Part shown: in pieces, positions 40,977 to 50,961 of the stretch
How the letters are laid out: each line of letters opens with the position of its first letter
Numbering within the stretch: the first letter of the stretch is position 1
Assembly: GCA_965242925.1 (NCBI GenBank)
Contig: CBDEUM010000039.1
Span: 130,714 to 194,713, forward strand
Direction of reading: 5' to 3'
DNA length: 64,000 nucleotides
Origin: Roseibacillus sp.
GTDB taxonomy: Bacteria > Verrucomicrobiota > Verrucomicrobiia > Verrucomicrobiales > Akkermansiaceae
Position numbers and translations under genes: made by a program
The notes under the pieces: model-generated
The model's database searches: none
Told to the model about the DNA's origin: nothing
Seen by the model: the letters and a program-made list of their open reading frames with translations, nothing else

Positions 40977-43824
40977 ATGAAGAAGCACCTTCACGCTCTT
41001 TCCTTCCTCCTCCTGACCCTCGGAGGGACCACCGCTCTCCCCGCTGGGAAAGTAAACCCCGCCCCGTGGCCTCACAAGGGCAGTGACATCGCGGTTGACC
41101 CGGATGTGCGCTTCGGCGCCCTGGACAACGGGCTGCGTTACGCCATCCGACGGAATGCCGAACCCCCGGGTCGCGTCTCACTGCGCCTTCGCATCGCAGC
41201 GGGATCGCTTCACGAGGCGGAGGACCAGCGCGGGGTGGCTCACTTTCTTGAGCACATGGTCTTCAACGGGAGCAGGAACTTCCCCGACGTGGAGAACCTG
41301 CTGGGCCGCATGCAGCGTCTCGGAATCGCCTTCGGGGCCCACGCCAACGCCTACACCTCCTTCGACGAGACGGTCTACATGCTCGACCTTCCCAACCTGG
41401 AAAAGGACACTCTCAAGCTCGGCTTCGAGGTCATGCGTGACTTTGGTGATGGGGCCCTCCTCGCCACCAAGGAAATCGACAAGGAACGGGGCGTGATTCT
41501 CTCCGAGAAGCGCTCAAGGGACTCTGTCGAGATGCGCCTGATGGAACAGCAGTTCGAGTTTCTCCTGCCTGATTCCCTCATCACCCATCGCTTCCCGATC
41601 GGGACCGAAAAAGTCATCAAGGAGGCCAAGCGCGATCGCTTCACCTCTTTTTACAAAGACTATTACGTCCCGACAAACATGACTTTCATCGTGGTGGGTG
41701 ATATCGATCCCGACGTCTACGAGAAGCGCATCCTGAAGACTTTCGCTTCCATGAAGAATCCCACGGAACAGGGAGGGGATCCCGAGATGGGCACGATCCC
41801 GGACGGGTTCGGGTTCCAGGCCGCAATCTTTTCCGACAAGGAGGTCAAGAGCGACGACCTGTCCCTTGGATTCGTACAGAAGTACGAGGCCTCCCCGGAC
41901 CGGGCCGCCACCAGGGTCACGCGCATGCCGCTCCGGGTGGCCAACTCGATCATTGGGCGCCGTTTTGACATCCTCGCCAAGAAGGAGGGCTCCCCCATCG
42001 CCTCCGGCAGCGCTGGCCGCTTCGAATGGTTCAATGCCATTGAATTCGGTTCCATTGATGTCACTGCGGTGGAAGGAAAATGGCGGGACGCAGTGCCCGT
42101 CGTGGAGCAGGAGCTGCGCCGGGCCCTTGAATACGGATTCACCCAGTCCGAACTCGATGAAATGAAGGCCCATATTCTCAACCGGGCCGAGCAGGCGGTG
42201 AAGCGCGCCGACACCCGCCAGTCGGCCTCCCTCGCCATGGGACTGGTGAGCAGCATCAGCAGCGGCCGGGTCTTCACCGACCCCGGGGAATCCCTTCGCA
42301 TCACCAAAATGGCTCTCAAGGCCCTCACCCTTGAGAAGTGCCACCAGGCCCTGCAGAGCTTCTGGAAGAACCGGGATCTCACCATCACCCTGACTTCCAA
42401 GGCCGCTCCCGAGGATGGGACCAAGATCCTTACCGCGCTCTACAAGAAGAGCCAGGCGGCCAAGGTCGACCCCCCCGAGAAGAAGGACGATGTCACCTTC
42501 GCCTACACGGACTTCGGCAAGGCGGGCACGGTGACCTCGCGGCGGGAAATCAAGGATCTCGGCATCACCCAGCTGATTCTTTCCAACAACACGCGCATCA
42601 ACCTCAAGCGCACCGACTTCCAGAAGAACTCCATCAGCGTGCACGCCCGCTTCGGCAACGGCAAGCTGACCCAGCCCACTGACAAACCAAGTCTCGACAT
42701 GTTCTCCTCCATCCTCCTGAACGCCGGAGGACTGGGCAAGCACAGCGCGGACGACCTCAAACGTATCACCGCCGGGCGGAACGTGGGCGGCAGCCTGGGT
42801 GTCGATGAGGATGCCTTCACGATGGATGGGCGCACCACCGAGGAGGATCTTGAAATGCAGTTGCAGCTCCTTTGTGCCAGCATCACCGACCCGGGCTACC
42901 GCGAGGAGGCCCTGCGTCAGTTCCGCAAGATGCTTCCCATGATCAGCTCCCAGCTGCAAGTTCACCATGAGTGGCGCCATGGCCGAGATGCAGGAGTGGT
43001 CCCGGGGAGGAGACGGTCGCTTTGCCAAGCCGGATCCAGCGGTGCTCGGGAAGTACACCGCCGATGATGTGAAGGCCTGGATCGCGGACGAGTTGAGGGA
43101 CTCCTACCTCGAAATCAGCCTGGTGGGCGACTTCGACATCGAAAAGACCATCCCCTTCATCCTCAGGAACGGTGGGCGCCCTGCCCACCCGCTCAAGCAC
43201 CAGGCCGGCCCTCGAGCAAGGAACGCCTGTTGAAGACCCCACAGCTCCCGGCCACCAGGAAGTTCACCTACACCTCCAAGATCCCCCAGGCCGCTTCCCT
43301 GGTGGGCTGGCGTATCCCGGCGGTGAAAGAGGACATCGGGGAGCTGCGCCGCCTGAATGTGCTGGCCGCCATCCTGGACGACCGGCTGCGGACCAAACTG
43401 CGGGAGGAACTGGGAGCCACCTACAGTCCGCAGGCACACGCCAACGCAAGCATGGTCTTCGACTACGGAAACCTGATGGCCATGTCGATCGGCGCCCCGG
43501 AGGATGTTGAAAAGGTGACCGGGACTGATCCATGAGATGGGCATTGAGCTGGGAGCCAAGGGCGTCACCCAGGACGAACTGGACCGGGCCCTCAAGCCCA
43601 TCCTTTCCAACCTGGAAAAAACCCTCCGCAACAACGGCTACTGGCTCAACACCGTGATGGCCCAGTGCCAGTCCGAGCCCTACCGCCTCGACTGGGCCCG
43701 CGGCCGCGACGCGGACTACGCCTCCATCAAGCTTGCCGAGATCAACGCCCTCGCCGGAAAGCACCTCGGCAGGGAGAATGCCGCCCAGGTCACCATTCTC
43801 CCCGAGAAGGCTCCCGAGAAATAG
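40977..43824 (+). CDS. M16 (insulinase/PqqL-like) zinc protease; four +1 frameshifts at ~42957, ~43169, ~43217, ~43521
   Basis: GVAHFLEHMVFNGS (HxxEH), NAYTSFDETVY, KERGVILSE. Downstream fragments (LREELGATYSP, RNNGYWL) join when one base is removed at each site. Confidence 0.9.
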
Positions 43825-43857
43825 GGAGCAGCTGTCCCCGCGCGAACCGGGGCCGCC

Positions 43858-45562
43858 CTAAAGATTCTTGTCCGTGACCGCCCCTTCACTGGCGGAGGTC
43901 ACCGAGGCCGCATACTTGGCCAGCACTCCGCGGCGATAGCGCGGTTCTGGCTGGGTCCAGGCCGCCTTGCGGGCCGCCAGTTCCTCGTCGCTGAGGTTCA
44001 CCTTGATCTGGTTGGCGACCGCATCAATGGTGATCTCGTCGCCTTCCACAAGCAGTCCGATCGGCCCTCCCTCATGGGCCTCGGGAGTGATATGGCCGAC
44101 CACGAATCCATGGCTGCCTCCCGGAGAAACGCCCATCGGTGATGAGCGCCACGCTGTCACCCAGTCCCCGCCCCATCACGGCCGCGGTGGGTCCCAGCAT
44201 CTCGCGCATGCCCGGCCCGCCCTTCGGGCCTTCACGGCGAATGACGATGACATCACCCGCCACGATAGCGCCAGCCAGGATCGCCTTCATGGCCTCCTCC
44301 TCCGAATCGAATACGCGGGCCCGTCCCGTAAAAGCCTCCCCTTCCTTTCCCGAAATCTTGGCCACCGCTCCTTCCGGGGCGAGATTGCCGTAGAGGATTC
44401 GCAGGTGGCTATCGGCCTTGATCGGGTTATCGAGGGAACGCACGATGACCTGGTCGGGCGGATACTCGAGGTCTGAGTTGGAAAGGTTCTCCGCCATGGT
44501 CCGACCCGTCACGGTGAGACAGTCCCCGTGCAGCAGTCCCCCTTCAACAAGCATTTTCATGAGGGGCACCGTTCCCCCGATGTCCACCAGCGGTGCCATT
44601 TCGAACTTACCGCTCGGCTTGAGGTCAGCCAGGACCGGCACCTTCCTTCCTATCTCGGTGAAGTCGTCAATCCCGAGCGGCACCTCTGCCGCATGAGCCA
44701 TGGCAAGGAGATGCAGGACCGCGTTGGTCGACCCTCCCAGCGCAATGACCAGGGTGATGGCATTCTCAAAGGCCTTGCGCGTCATGATATCGCGCGGGGT
44801 GATCCCCTTCTCCAGCATGGCCAGCACCGCGGCACCCGCATCAAAGCAGTCCCGCATCTTGTCGTCTCCGACCGCGGCCTGCGCCGAACTGTTGGGCAGG
44901 CTCATCCCGAGAGCCTCGATCGCACTGGCCATCGTGTTGGCGGTGTACATTCCTCCGCAGGACCCTTCCCCCGGGATGGCATTCTCCTCCACTGCCTGCA
45001 GGTCGGCATCGGAATACTCCCCGCTCGCATGCTTGCCCACCGCCTCAAAGACCGAGACGATATCAAGGGACTTCTCCTCGCCCTGCACTGTCGCACACCC
45101 GGGCAGGATTGTTCCTCCGTAGACGAACACCGATGGACGGTTGAGCCGCGCCATCGCAATGATGCACCCTGGCATGTTCTTGTCGCAGCCCCCAATGGTG
45201 ACGACTCCGTCGAACCCTTCGCAACCAGTCACCGTCTCGATGGAATCCGCAATCACCTCGCGGCTCACAAGGGAGTATTTCATCCCCTCGGTGCCCATCG
45301 AGATTCCATCCGAGATCGTGATGGTGTTAAATATAACGGCCTTGCCCCCCGCTGCGTCCACACCCTTGGCTGACTCCAGCGCGAGGCGATCAATATGCAT
45401 GTTACACGGGGTCACCTGGCTCCAGGTGGAGGCCACGCCAACCTGGGGCTTGCCGAAATCCTCGCGCTTGAAGCCCACCGGATAGAGCATGGCTCGACTG
45501 GGTGCCCGGTCCGGTCCATCCAGTACAATGGAAGAGTGCTTCCGACTCTTTTCGTCACTCAT
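43858..45562 (-). CDS. ilvD: Dihydroxy-acid dehydratase; +1 frameshift at 44120-44122
   Basis: [47 protein letters not shown]. Removing one G restores [16 protein letters not shown]. Confidence 0.96.
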
Positions 45563-45597
45563 GAGCGGGACTCTTCCAGACCCCACGCAGGCGTCAA
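45563..45597 (-). promoter_or_regulatory. Putative sigma70 promoter directly upstream of ilvD
   Basis: TTGACG, 16 nt, AAGAGT, 7 nt, ATG. Confidence 0.4.
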
Positions 45598-45818
45598 GCG
45601 AGGAGGACCGGGGAAATCAACAAACTCGACCGGGCCGATGCCAAACTGCGATTTGCATCTCAGGAGGAATTGCTCCGGAATTCTTTTCGCAGCGCAGGAA
45701 TCTCGATACTGGCCTGCTTGGCTCCCCGAACCGCCAGCAGTAGTCCAGCCCTTCAACCTTCAAATACGCACCTGTCCTTGCCTTTCTCCCCGGTCTGGCA
45801 TAAGTGCGCGCCAAGCAA

Positions 45819-47429
45819 ATGTCCAGTCACCGTGTCCTTGTCGCGGACCCCATCAGTGAGCATGGGGTCGCCCTCTTGAACGAGCACCCCGACATCACTG
45901 CCGACTTCATCCCCGATCTCGGCTCCCAGCCCGAAAAGCTGCTGGAGATCATCGGCGACTACGATGCCCTCATCGTGCGCTCCCAGACCAAACCCAACGC
46001 GGAAGTCATCGCCAGGGGGGCCAGGCTCCGGGCCATCGGGCGGGCTGGAGTGGGCGTCGACAACATTGACCGCGAGGCAGCAAGCTCACACGGCGTGATC
46101 GTAATGAACACGCCCACGGGCAATACTGTTTCCACGGCCGAGCACGCCTTCGCTCTCATGCTGGCCACTGCCCGTAACATCGCTCCGGCTCATACGGAGG
46201 TGCTCGGAGGCAACTTCAAGGCTGCCCGTAAGGCCTTCGCCGGCATCGAACTCAATGGCAAGCGTCTGGCCGTGATGGGAATGGGCCGTATCGGCAGCGA
46301 GTTCGCCAGGCGGGCGCAGGGATTCAACATGAAGGTCGTGGCCTTCGACCCCTTTCTCACCCAGGCCCGCGCCGATGAACTCAAGATCGAACTCGCGGAA
46401 TCTCCCGATGCCGCCCTGACCGGTGCGGACGTGGTCACCCTGCATGTGCCTCTCACCGATGACACCCGGCACATCATCAATACGGAACGACTGGCTCTGA
46501 TGAACAGAGGAGCCCTCGTCGTCAACTGTGCGCGGGGCGGCTTGATCGACGAAGATGCCCTCAAGACCTCCATCGAATCCGGTCATATCGCCGGTTGTGC
46601 CCTCGATGTCTACGAGGACGAACCGCCTGGCACCGATCATCCTCTCTTTTCCCTGGGCAAGCATGTCGCCTTCACTCCTCACCTGGGGGCCTCTACTGCG
46701 GAGGCCCAGGAAAACGTTGGGATCCAGGTAGCCGAACAGATTCGCGACTTCCTCACCACCGGGGAAATACGGAACGCGATCAACATGCCTTCCCTCGATG
46801 CCGCGGCGCTTGCCGAGCTGGGTCCCTACCTCAATCTCGCCACCGCCCTCGGGAAAGTGCTCGCCAAGCTGGGCCCCGCCAGCCCCGATGCCCTGCGAGT
46901 CTCCTACCACGGCCCTCTGGCCGAACGGGACACTGGGCTGGTCTCCCGGCATGTCCTCACCGCCCTCCTCGCTGCGGGCTGCAATGAGGGCCAGGTCAAT
47001 ATCGTGAATGCCCCGGCCGTGGCCAAGACAATGGGCCTCGACCTGACCGAGTCCAGCATCAGCGCCGCCACCGAATTCTCCGAACTCCTCGTCGCCGAAC
47101 TCACCAGGGATGACACCAAGTTTCGCCTGGCTGGCACTATCATTGGCAAGACGCCCCGGATCGTGGAAATCGACCGCATCTTCGTGGACATCAACATCGA
47201 GGGTCACTTTCTCATCGTCTCCAACGACGACCGCCCCGGCATCGTTGGGGCGCTGGGCAACGCCCTCGGGGAAGCAGAAGTCAATATCGCCAACATGTCC
47301 CTTGCCCGCAACAAGCAGGGCGGCAATGCACTCACTATCATTGAAGTCGACCAACCCCTCGCTGCCGGGGTGATGGAGACCGTCCGGGCCGTGGCGGGAA
47401 TTCTCTCGGTCACCGGGGTGACCCTGTAG
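45819..47429 (+). CDS. serA: D-3-phosphoglycerate dehydrogenase with C-terminal ACT domain
   Basis: GRAGVGVDNID, GMGRIG, NCARGG, TPHLGASTAEAQ, NDDRPGIVG..VNIANM. Confidence 0.96.
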   Translation: MSSHRVLVADPISEHGVALLNEHPDITADFIPDLGSQPEKLLEIIGDYDALIVRSQTKPNAEVIARGARLRAIGRAGVGVDNIDREAASSHGVIVMNTPTGNTVSTAEHAFALMLATARNIAPAHTEVLGGNFKAARKAFAGIELNGKRLAVMGMGRIGSEFARRAQGFNMKVVAFDPFLTQARADELKIELAESPDAALTGADVVTLHVPLTDDTRHIINTERLALMNRGALVVNCARGGLIDEDALKTSIESGHIAGCALDVYEDEPPGTDHPLFSLGKHVAFTPHLGASTAEAQENVGIQVAEQIRDFLTTGEIRNAINMPSLDAAALAELGPYLNLATALGKVLAKLGPASPDALRVSYHGPLAERDTGLVSRHVLTALLAAGCNEGQVNIVNAPAVAKTMGLDLTESSISAATEFSELLVAELTRDDTKFRLAGTIIGKTPRIVEIDRIFVDINIEGHFLIVSNDDRPGIVGALGNALGEAEVNIANMSLARNKQGGNALTIIEVDQPLAAGVMETVRAVAGILSVTGVTL

Positions 47430-47457
47430 GCGCTGGAATCGCGGCTCCCTGCCGGCT

Positions 47458-47922
47458 TCACCTCCGGTTGAACCTCGCCATCTCGCGCTCAGCCTCCCGC
47501 AATTCCACTCGCTTCTTCAAATCGTGACGCTGGTCGGAATGGCTTTTGCCCTTGCCCAGGCCGAACTCGACCTTCACCCGGCTACCCTTGAAATACATCC
47601 GGAGGCACGGGAGAGTGAAGCCCTTCTCGTCGGTAGACTGGGCCAGCTTGAGAATCTCATTCTTGTGCAGGAGAAGCCTCCGGGGACGCTTGGGGGTGTG
47701 CTGGAAGTACTCCCCTGCTGCTTGCCACGGCTGGATATCACACCCGTAGAGGAAGGCTTCCTTCCTGTCTATACGGACGAAGGCATCCGAGATATTGACC
47801 TTCCCATCACGGATGGACTTTACCTCCGTTCCTCGCAGCTGGATTCCAGCTTCGTAGGTCTCCGTGACATTATAGTCGCGGCGCGCCTTCTTGTTAGTGG
47901 CGACATCACGACTCATAATCAT
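47458..47922 (-). CDS. smpB: SsrA-binding protein
   Basis: ATNKKARRDY..EAGIQLRGTEVKSIR, RRLLLHKNEI, GLGKGK. Confidence 0.97.
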   Translation of the reverse strand: MIMSRDVATNKKARRDYNVTETYEAGIQLRGTEVKSIRDGKVNISDAFVRIDRKEAFLYGCDIQPWQAAGEYFQHTPKRPRRLLLHKNEILKLAQSTDEKGFTLPCLRMYFKGSRVKVEFGLGKGKSHSDQRHDLKKRVELREAEREMARFNRR

Positions 47923-47953
47923 GGCCCTTCTCTGCGCGGACCTGCGCGCAGTT

Positions 47954-48157
47954 TCAGCCGATTGGCGGCTCTAAGCGCTTGACCTTTCCCTCGATGATTT
48001 CCGTTAACGCGATATCCGCCGCACCCATGCTTGGAACGGTATCAATCAAGGGTGCGCGACCGGTGTTCAGTTGCTTGACCCGCCTGGAGACCATGTTGAT
48101 CAGAATCTGAGGATCGGGGACGATTGCTGCTGCCTGTTCTACAAGATCGCTTTTCAT
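47954..48157 (-). CDS. rpoZ: RNA polymerase omega subunit
   Basis: ILINMVSRRVKQL..DIALTEIIEGK; short protein directly upstream of smpB. Confidence 0.85.
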   Translation of the reverse strand: MKSDLVEQAAAIVPDPQILINMVSRRVKQLNTGRAPLIDTVPSMGAADIALTEIIEGKVKRLEPPIG

Positions 48158-48495
48158 AGGTATGCCGGAAAACCCAGACACCGGCTTCGGCTGCTCAAAG
48201 GGGATCACGTTATCAGCCTCCATCCGCTCGGTCTGGTTCGTAAAAAGAGAAGGAGCCTATTACCCTCTCTGGAAGGGAGCACGAATCATAGTTCAAGACT
48301 CCATTCAAGAAATTTTGCTCCGAGTGGATCCCTGAAAGCGAAAGGCACTACCCCCCCAGCGGTCTGGAGAAGCGGATCTTGCTCCCTGGACCGCTCCTGG
48401 CCGCAAAAGACGAACATCTCCTCTTGTAATGGCAAATATCACTAATACTTAAGTAAATCATCCCTCCCAGCAGCCGCCAACAGACAAATTTACCC

Positions 48496-48885
48496 TCAGA
48501 GCAACCTGATTCCAAACGGCTTGAGAATGAACACCAGAGCGAGAAAAAGGAGGGCCGTCAGAACACAGTTGGCCGCAAGGGCGCTTCCGAATTCCCAGCC
48601 ATTGCGCAGCATCCAGGGGAGGATCAAGAACATCGGAAGGGTTGGCAGGACAAACCAGAACGTGCTTTCGGCGTGGTTGGCAATGCGCCCGGGGTCCTGC
48701 CCTTCCACGCGCATCCAGATCATGGCCAGCAGGGAGGTCAGGGGCAGCGCAATCAGGAGGGCCGAGAGCCGATCGTGGAAGAGCTGGATCTTGGTCACGA
48801 AGAGGACCACGACGGCCGTGAGGATGAGCTTCGCGACATCCAGCCCCGAAAAACTTACTACTTGATCCCAGGGAACTTTACTCAT
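48496..48885 (-). CDS. DUF3147-like small membrane protein
   Basis: ALLIALPLTSLLAMIWM..TFWFVLPTLPMFL; four hydrophobic segments. Confidence 0.75.
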   Translation of the reverse strand: MSKVPWDQVVSFSGLDVAKLILTAVVVLFVTKIQLFHDRLSALLIALPLTSLLAMIWMRVEGQDPGRIANHAESTFWFVLPTLPMFLILPWMLRNGWEFGSALAANCVLTALLFLALVFILKPFGIRLL

Positions 48886-48898
48886 GAGCGGCTTGCGG

Positions 48899-48933
48899 TT
48901 GCTGAGACCTGAGCCTGCACGTTATAGTGCGTC
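48899..48933 (+). promoter_or_regulatory. Putative sigma70 promoter for a leaderless transcript
   Basis: TTGCTG, 18 nt, TATAGT (48923-48928), 5 nt, ATG. Confidence 0.5.
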
Positions 48934-49806
48934 ATGCAAGACCTCCGCCTCCTCCTGGCCGCCAGCCTGCTGCTCAGCGCCTGTTCCCCGGGCCAGAGAT
49001 CCGACGGAACCATTACCGCGCAAACCACAGGGTCTCCTCTCATTCACGGGAAACTTGATCGCCCCCAGCACCCCGGGGGCATGACCTTGAACAGCGCCCA
49101 CCAGCGGGCTGTTGGCATGAAAATCTGGCAGAACGAATCGGGCGGAAAAGTGAGCGGGCTCACCCACTGGAACGAGGGCGAGGAATTTCCCTCCCTCGGA
49201 ATCGGGCACTTCATCTGGTATCCTCGCGGATTTGACGGGCGCTGGACCGAGACATGGCCCGAATTCATCAAGTTCGCGCAGGCCAGAGGCGTGCGGAGGA
49301 TTCCTCCAGCAGCCATCCTTCCCGACTGTCCCTGGTCCACTCGTCAGGCATTTCAACGCGATTTCAACACTGCTGGTCTCTCAGGGCTGCGCACGTGGCT
49401 GGCCGCCAATATCGATCTCCAAACCGAGTTCATCATGGCCAAGTCACGGGCCGCCCTGCCCCAGATCATGGCAGCTGCTCCCCCCTCCCACCGAACGAGG
49501 ATCAGGGCCAACTACGACAGGGTAGCAACTACTCCCAATGGCATTTACGCCCTCATAGATTACGTGAATTTCAAAGGCGACGGCACCAACCCCCGTGAAC
49601 GCTACAAGGGGCAGGGCTGGGGGCTCATGTGGGTTCTCATGGAAATGCGCGCGGGACCTCCGGGACAGTCCGCCGCGAGGGAGTTTGCCGCCGCCGCCAA
49701 ACGGCGTCTCGATCTGCGCGTGAAGAATTCGCCACCGGCACGCGGTGAACAGCGGTGGACTGCCGGCTGGCACAACCGCTGCCACACCTACGCCAAAGCA
49801 CTCTAG
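48934..49806 (+). CDS. Conserved hypothetical lipoprotein, possibly lysozyme-like
   Basis: Lipobox LSAC; KIWQNESGG..WNEGEEFPSLGIGHFIW; ALIDYVNFKG; GWHNR. Confidence 0.75.
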   Translation: MQDLRLLLAASLLLSACSPGQRSDGTITAQTTGSPLIHGKLDRPQHPGGMTLNSAHQRAVGMKIWQNESGGKVSGLTHWNEGEEFPSLGIGHFIWYPRGFDGRWTETWPEFIKFAQARGVRRIPPAAILPDCPWSTRQAFQRDFNTAGLSGLRTWLAANIDLQTEFIMAKSRAALPQIMAAAPPSHRTRIRANYDRVATTPNGIYALIDYVNFKGDGTNPRERYKGQGWGLMWVLMEMRAGPPGQSAAREFAAAAKRRLDLRVKNSPPARGEQRWTAGWHNRCHTYAKAL

Positions 49807-49883
49807 CGCCCGATCCTCTGGACTTCCTGCTCCTTCATTGCCTTTGACTTAACCTCCTCCCTCCGCAATTATTCTTACCTCCG

Positions 49884-50318
49884 ATGGCAATCGAAACGAC
49901 TCTCGTCCTCTTCAAGCCCGATGGTATCCAGCAAAGCCTCGCCGGCACTGTTCTGGACCGCTACCTCAGGGAGGGTTTCCGCATCCGGGGACTCAAGATG
50001 CTCCAGGCCAGCGAGGAATTACTCAACGAGCACTACGCCCACATCACACACCTCGAGTTTTTTCCCGACATCCGGGCCTTTATGCAGGAAACCCCGATCA
50101 TCGCAGTGGCCCTCGAGGGAGAGGATGCCATCAGTCGGGCGCGAAAGATTCTGGGACCCACTGACTCCAATGAGGCCGCTCCCGGCACGATCCGCGGCGA
50201 CTTCGGGAGCAAGGACCAGTTCTCCAGGATGCGTAATATCTGCCACGCCTCGGACAGCCCGGAATCGGCCGCCATTGAGCTCAGGCGTTTCTTCGGCGGG
50301 GACGAACTGTTCGATTGA
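49884..50318 (+). CDS. ndk: Nucleoside diphosphate kinase
   Basis: TLVLFKPDG, EHYAH, PGTIRGDF, NICHASDS. Confidence 0.97.
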   Translation: MAIETTLVLFKPDGIQQSLAGTVLDRYLREGFRIRGLKMLQASEELLNEHYAHITHLEFFPDIRAFMQETPIIAVALEGEDAISRARKILGPTDSNEAAPGTIRGDFGSKDQFSRMRNICHASDSPESAAIELRRFFGGDELFD

Positions 50319-50402
50319 GCCCCCCGTCCCCTCCCTGTCACCGGGATGAACGTTCCTGCCTTCCTGTCGCTAGCCAGGCCCGACGTGAGCCGCCAGGTGT
50401 TT

Positions 50403-50951
50403 TTACTTTCGTATTATCACGAGGAACGGTCCTGCCACGGTGTCCTCCAGCCCCGAAATCACCACCCTTGCTCCCTGGCCCTGTAGGCCCTCCGCAAACT
50501 CCACGACCCCTGCGGCCTCCTCCATCCCCCCCGGATGTCCCCGGTAACAAACCACGCTGAGAACCCCGCTTGCTCTCAGGATGTCCCAGCCTTCTGCAAG
50601 CGCGATCAAGGTCTCTTCGCAGGTCGTCGTGCATTCGTGGTCGCTTCCGGGAAGATAGCCCAGGTTGAACATTACGGCTGACACGGGGCCGTTCACATGC
50701 TGCCGCAGGGTGGAATGACTCCCGTGAACCAGCAGCACCCGCTCATCGGTAATGCCATTCCCAACGAGGTGTGACCGCGTGGCCGAGATGGCCTCTTCCT
50801 GCAGGTCGAAGGCGGTCACCCGTCCACTGGCACCGACAAGACGGGCGAGAAAAAGTGTATCGTGCCCGTTCCCCGCGGTGGCATCGATGACATGATCACC
50901 CGGGCCTACCGCCGCGCGCATGCTCTCGTGTGCTCTCTCTGTTACCCGCAT
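50403..50951 (-). CDS. SAM-dependent methyltransferase, YtqB/MnmM-like (putative tRNA mnm5s2U34 methyltransferase)
   Basis: IDATAGNGHDTLFLA, FDLQ, MFNLGYLPGSD, YRGHPGGMEE. Confidence 0.85.
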   Translation of the reverse strand: MRVTERAHESMRAAVGPGDHVIDATAGNGHDTLFLARLVGASGRVTAFDLQEEAISATRSHLVGNGITDERVLLVHGSHSTLRQHVNGPVSAVMFNLGYLPGSDHECTTTCEETLIALAEGWDILRASGVLSVVCYRGHPGGMEEAAGVVEFAEGLQGQGARVVISGLEDTVAGPFLVIIRK

Positions 50952-50961
50952 CGCTTCAAGG

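Noticed and set aside
47923..48495. tmRNA, 6S or SRP RNA next to smpB
   Set aside because: No tRNA-like GGGG..TTCGA..CCACCA ends and no SRP GGAA-loop motif found on either strand.
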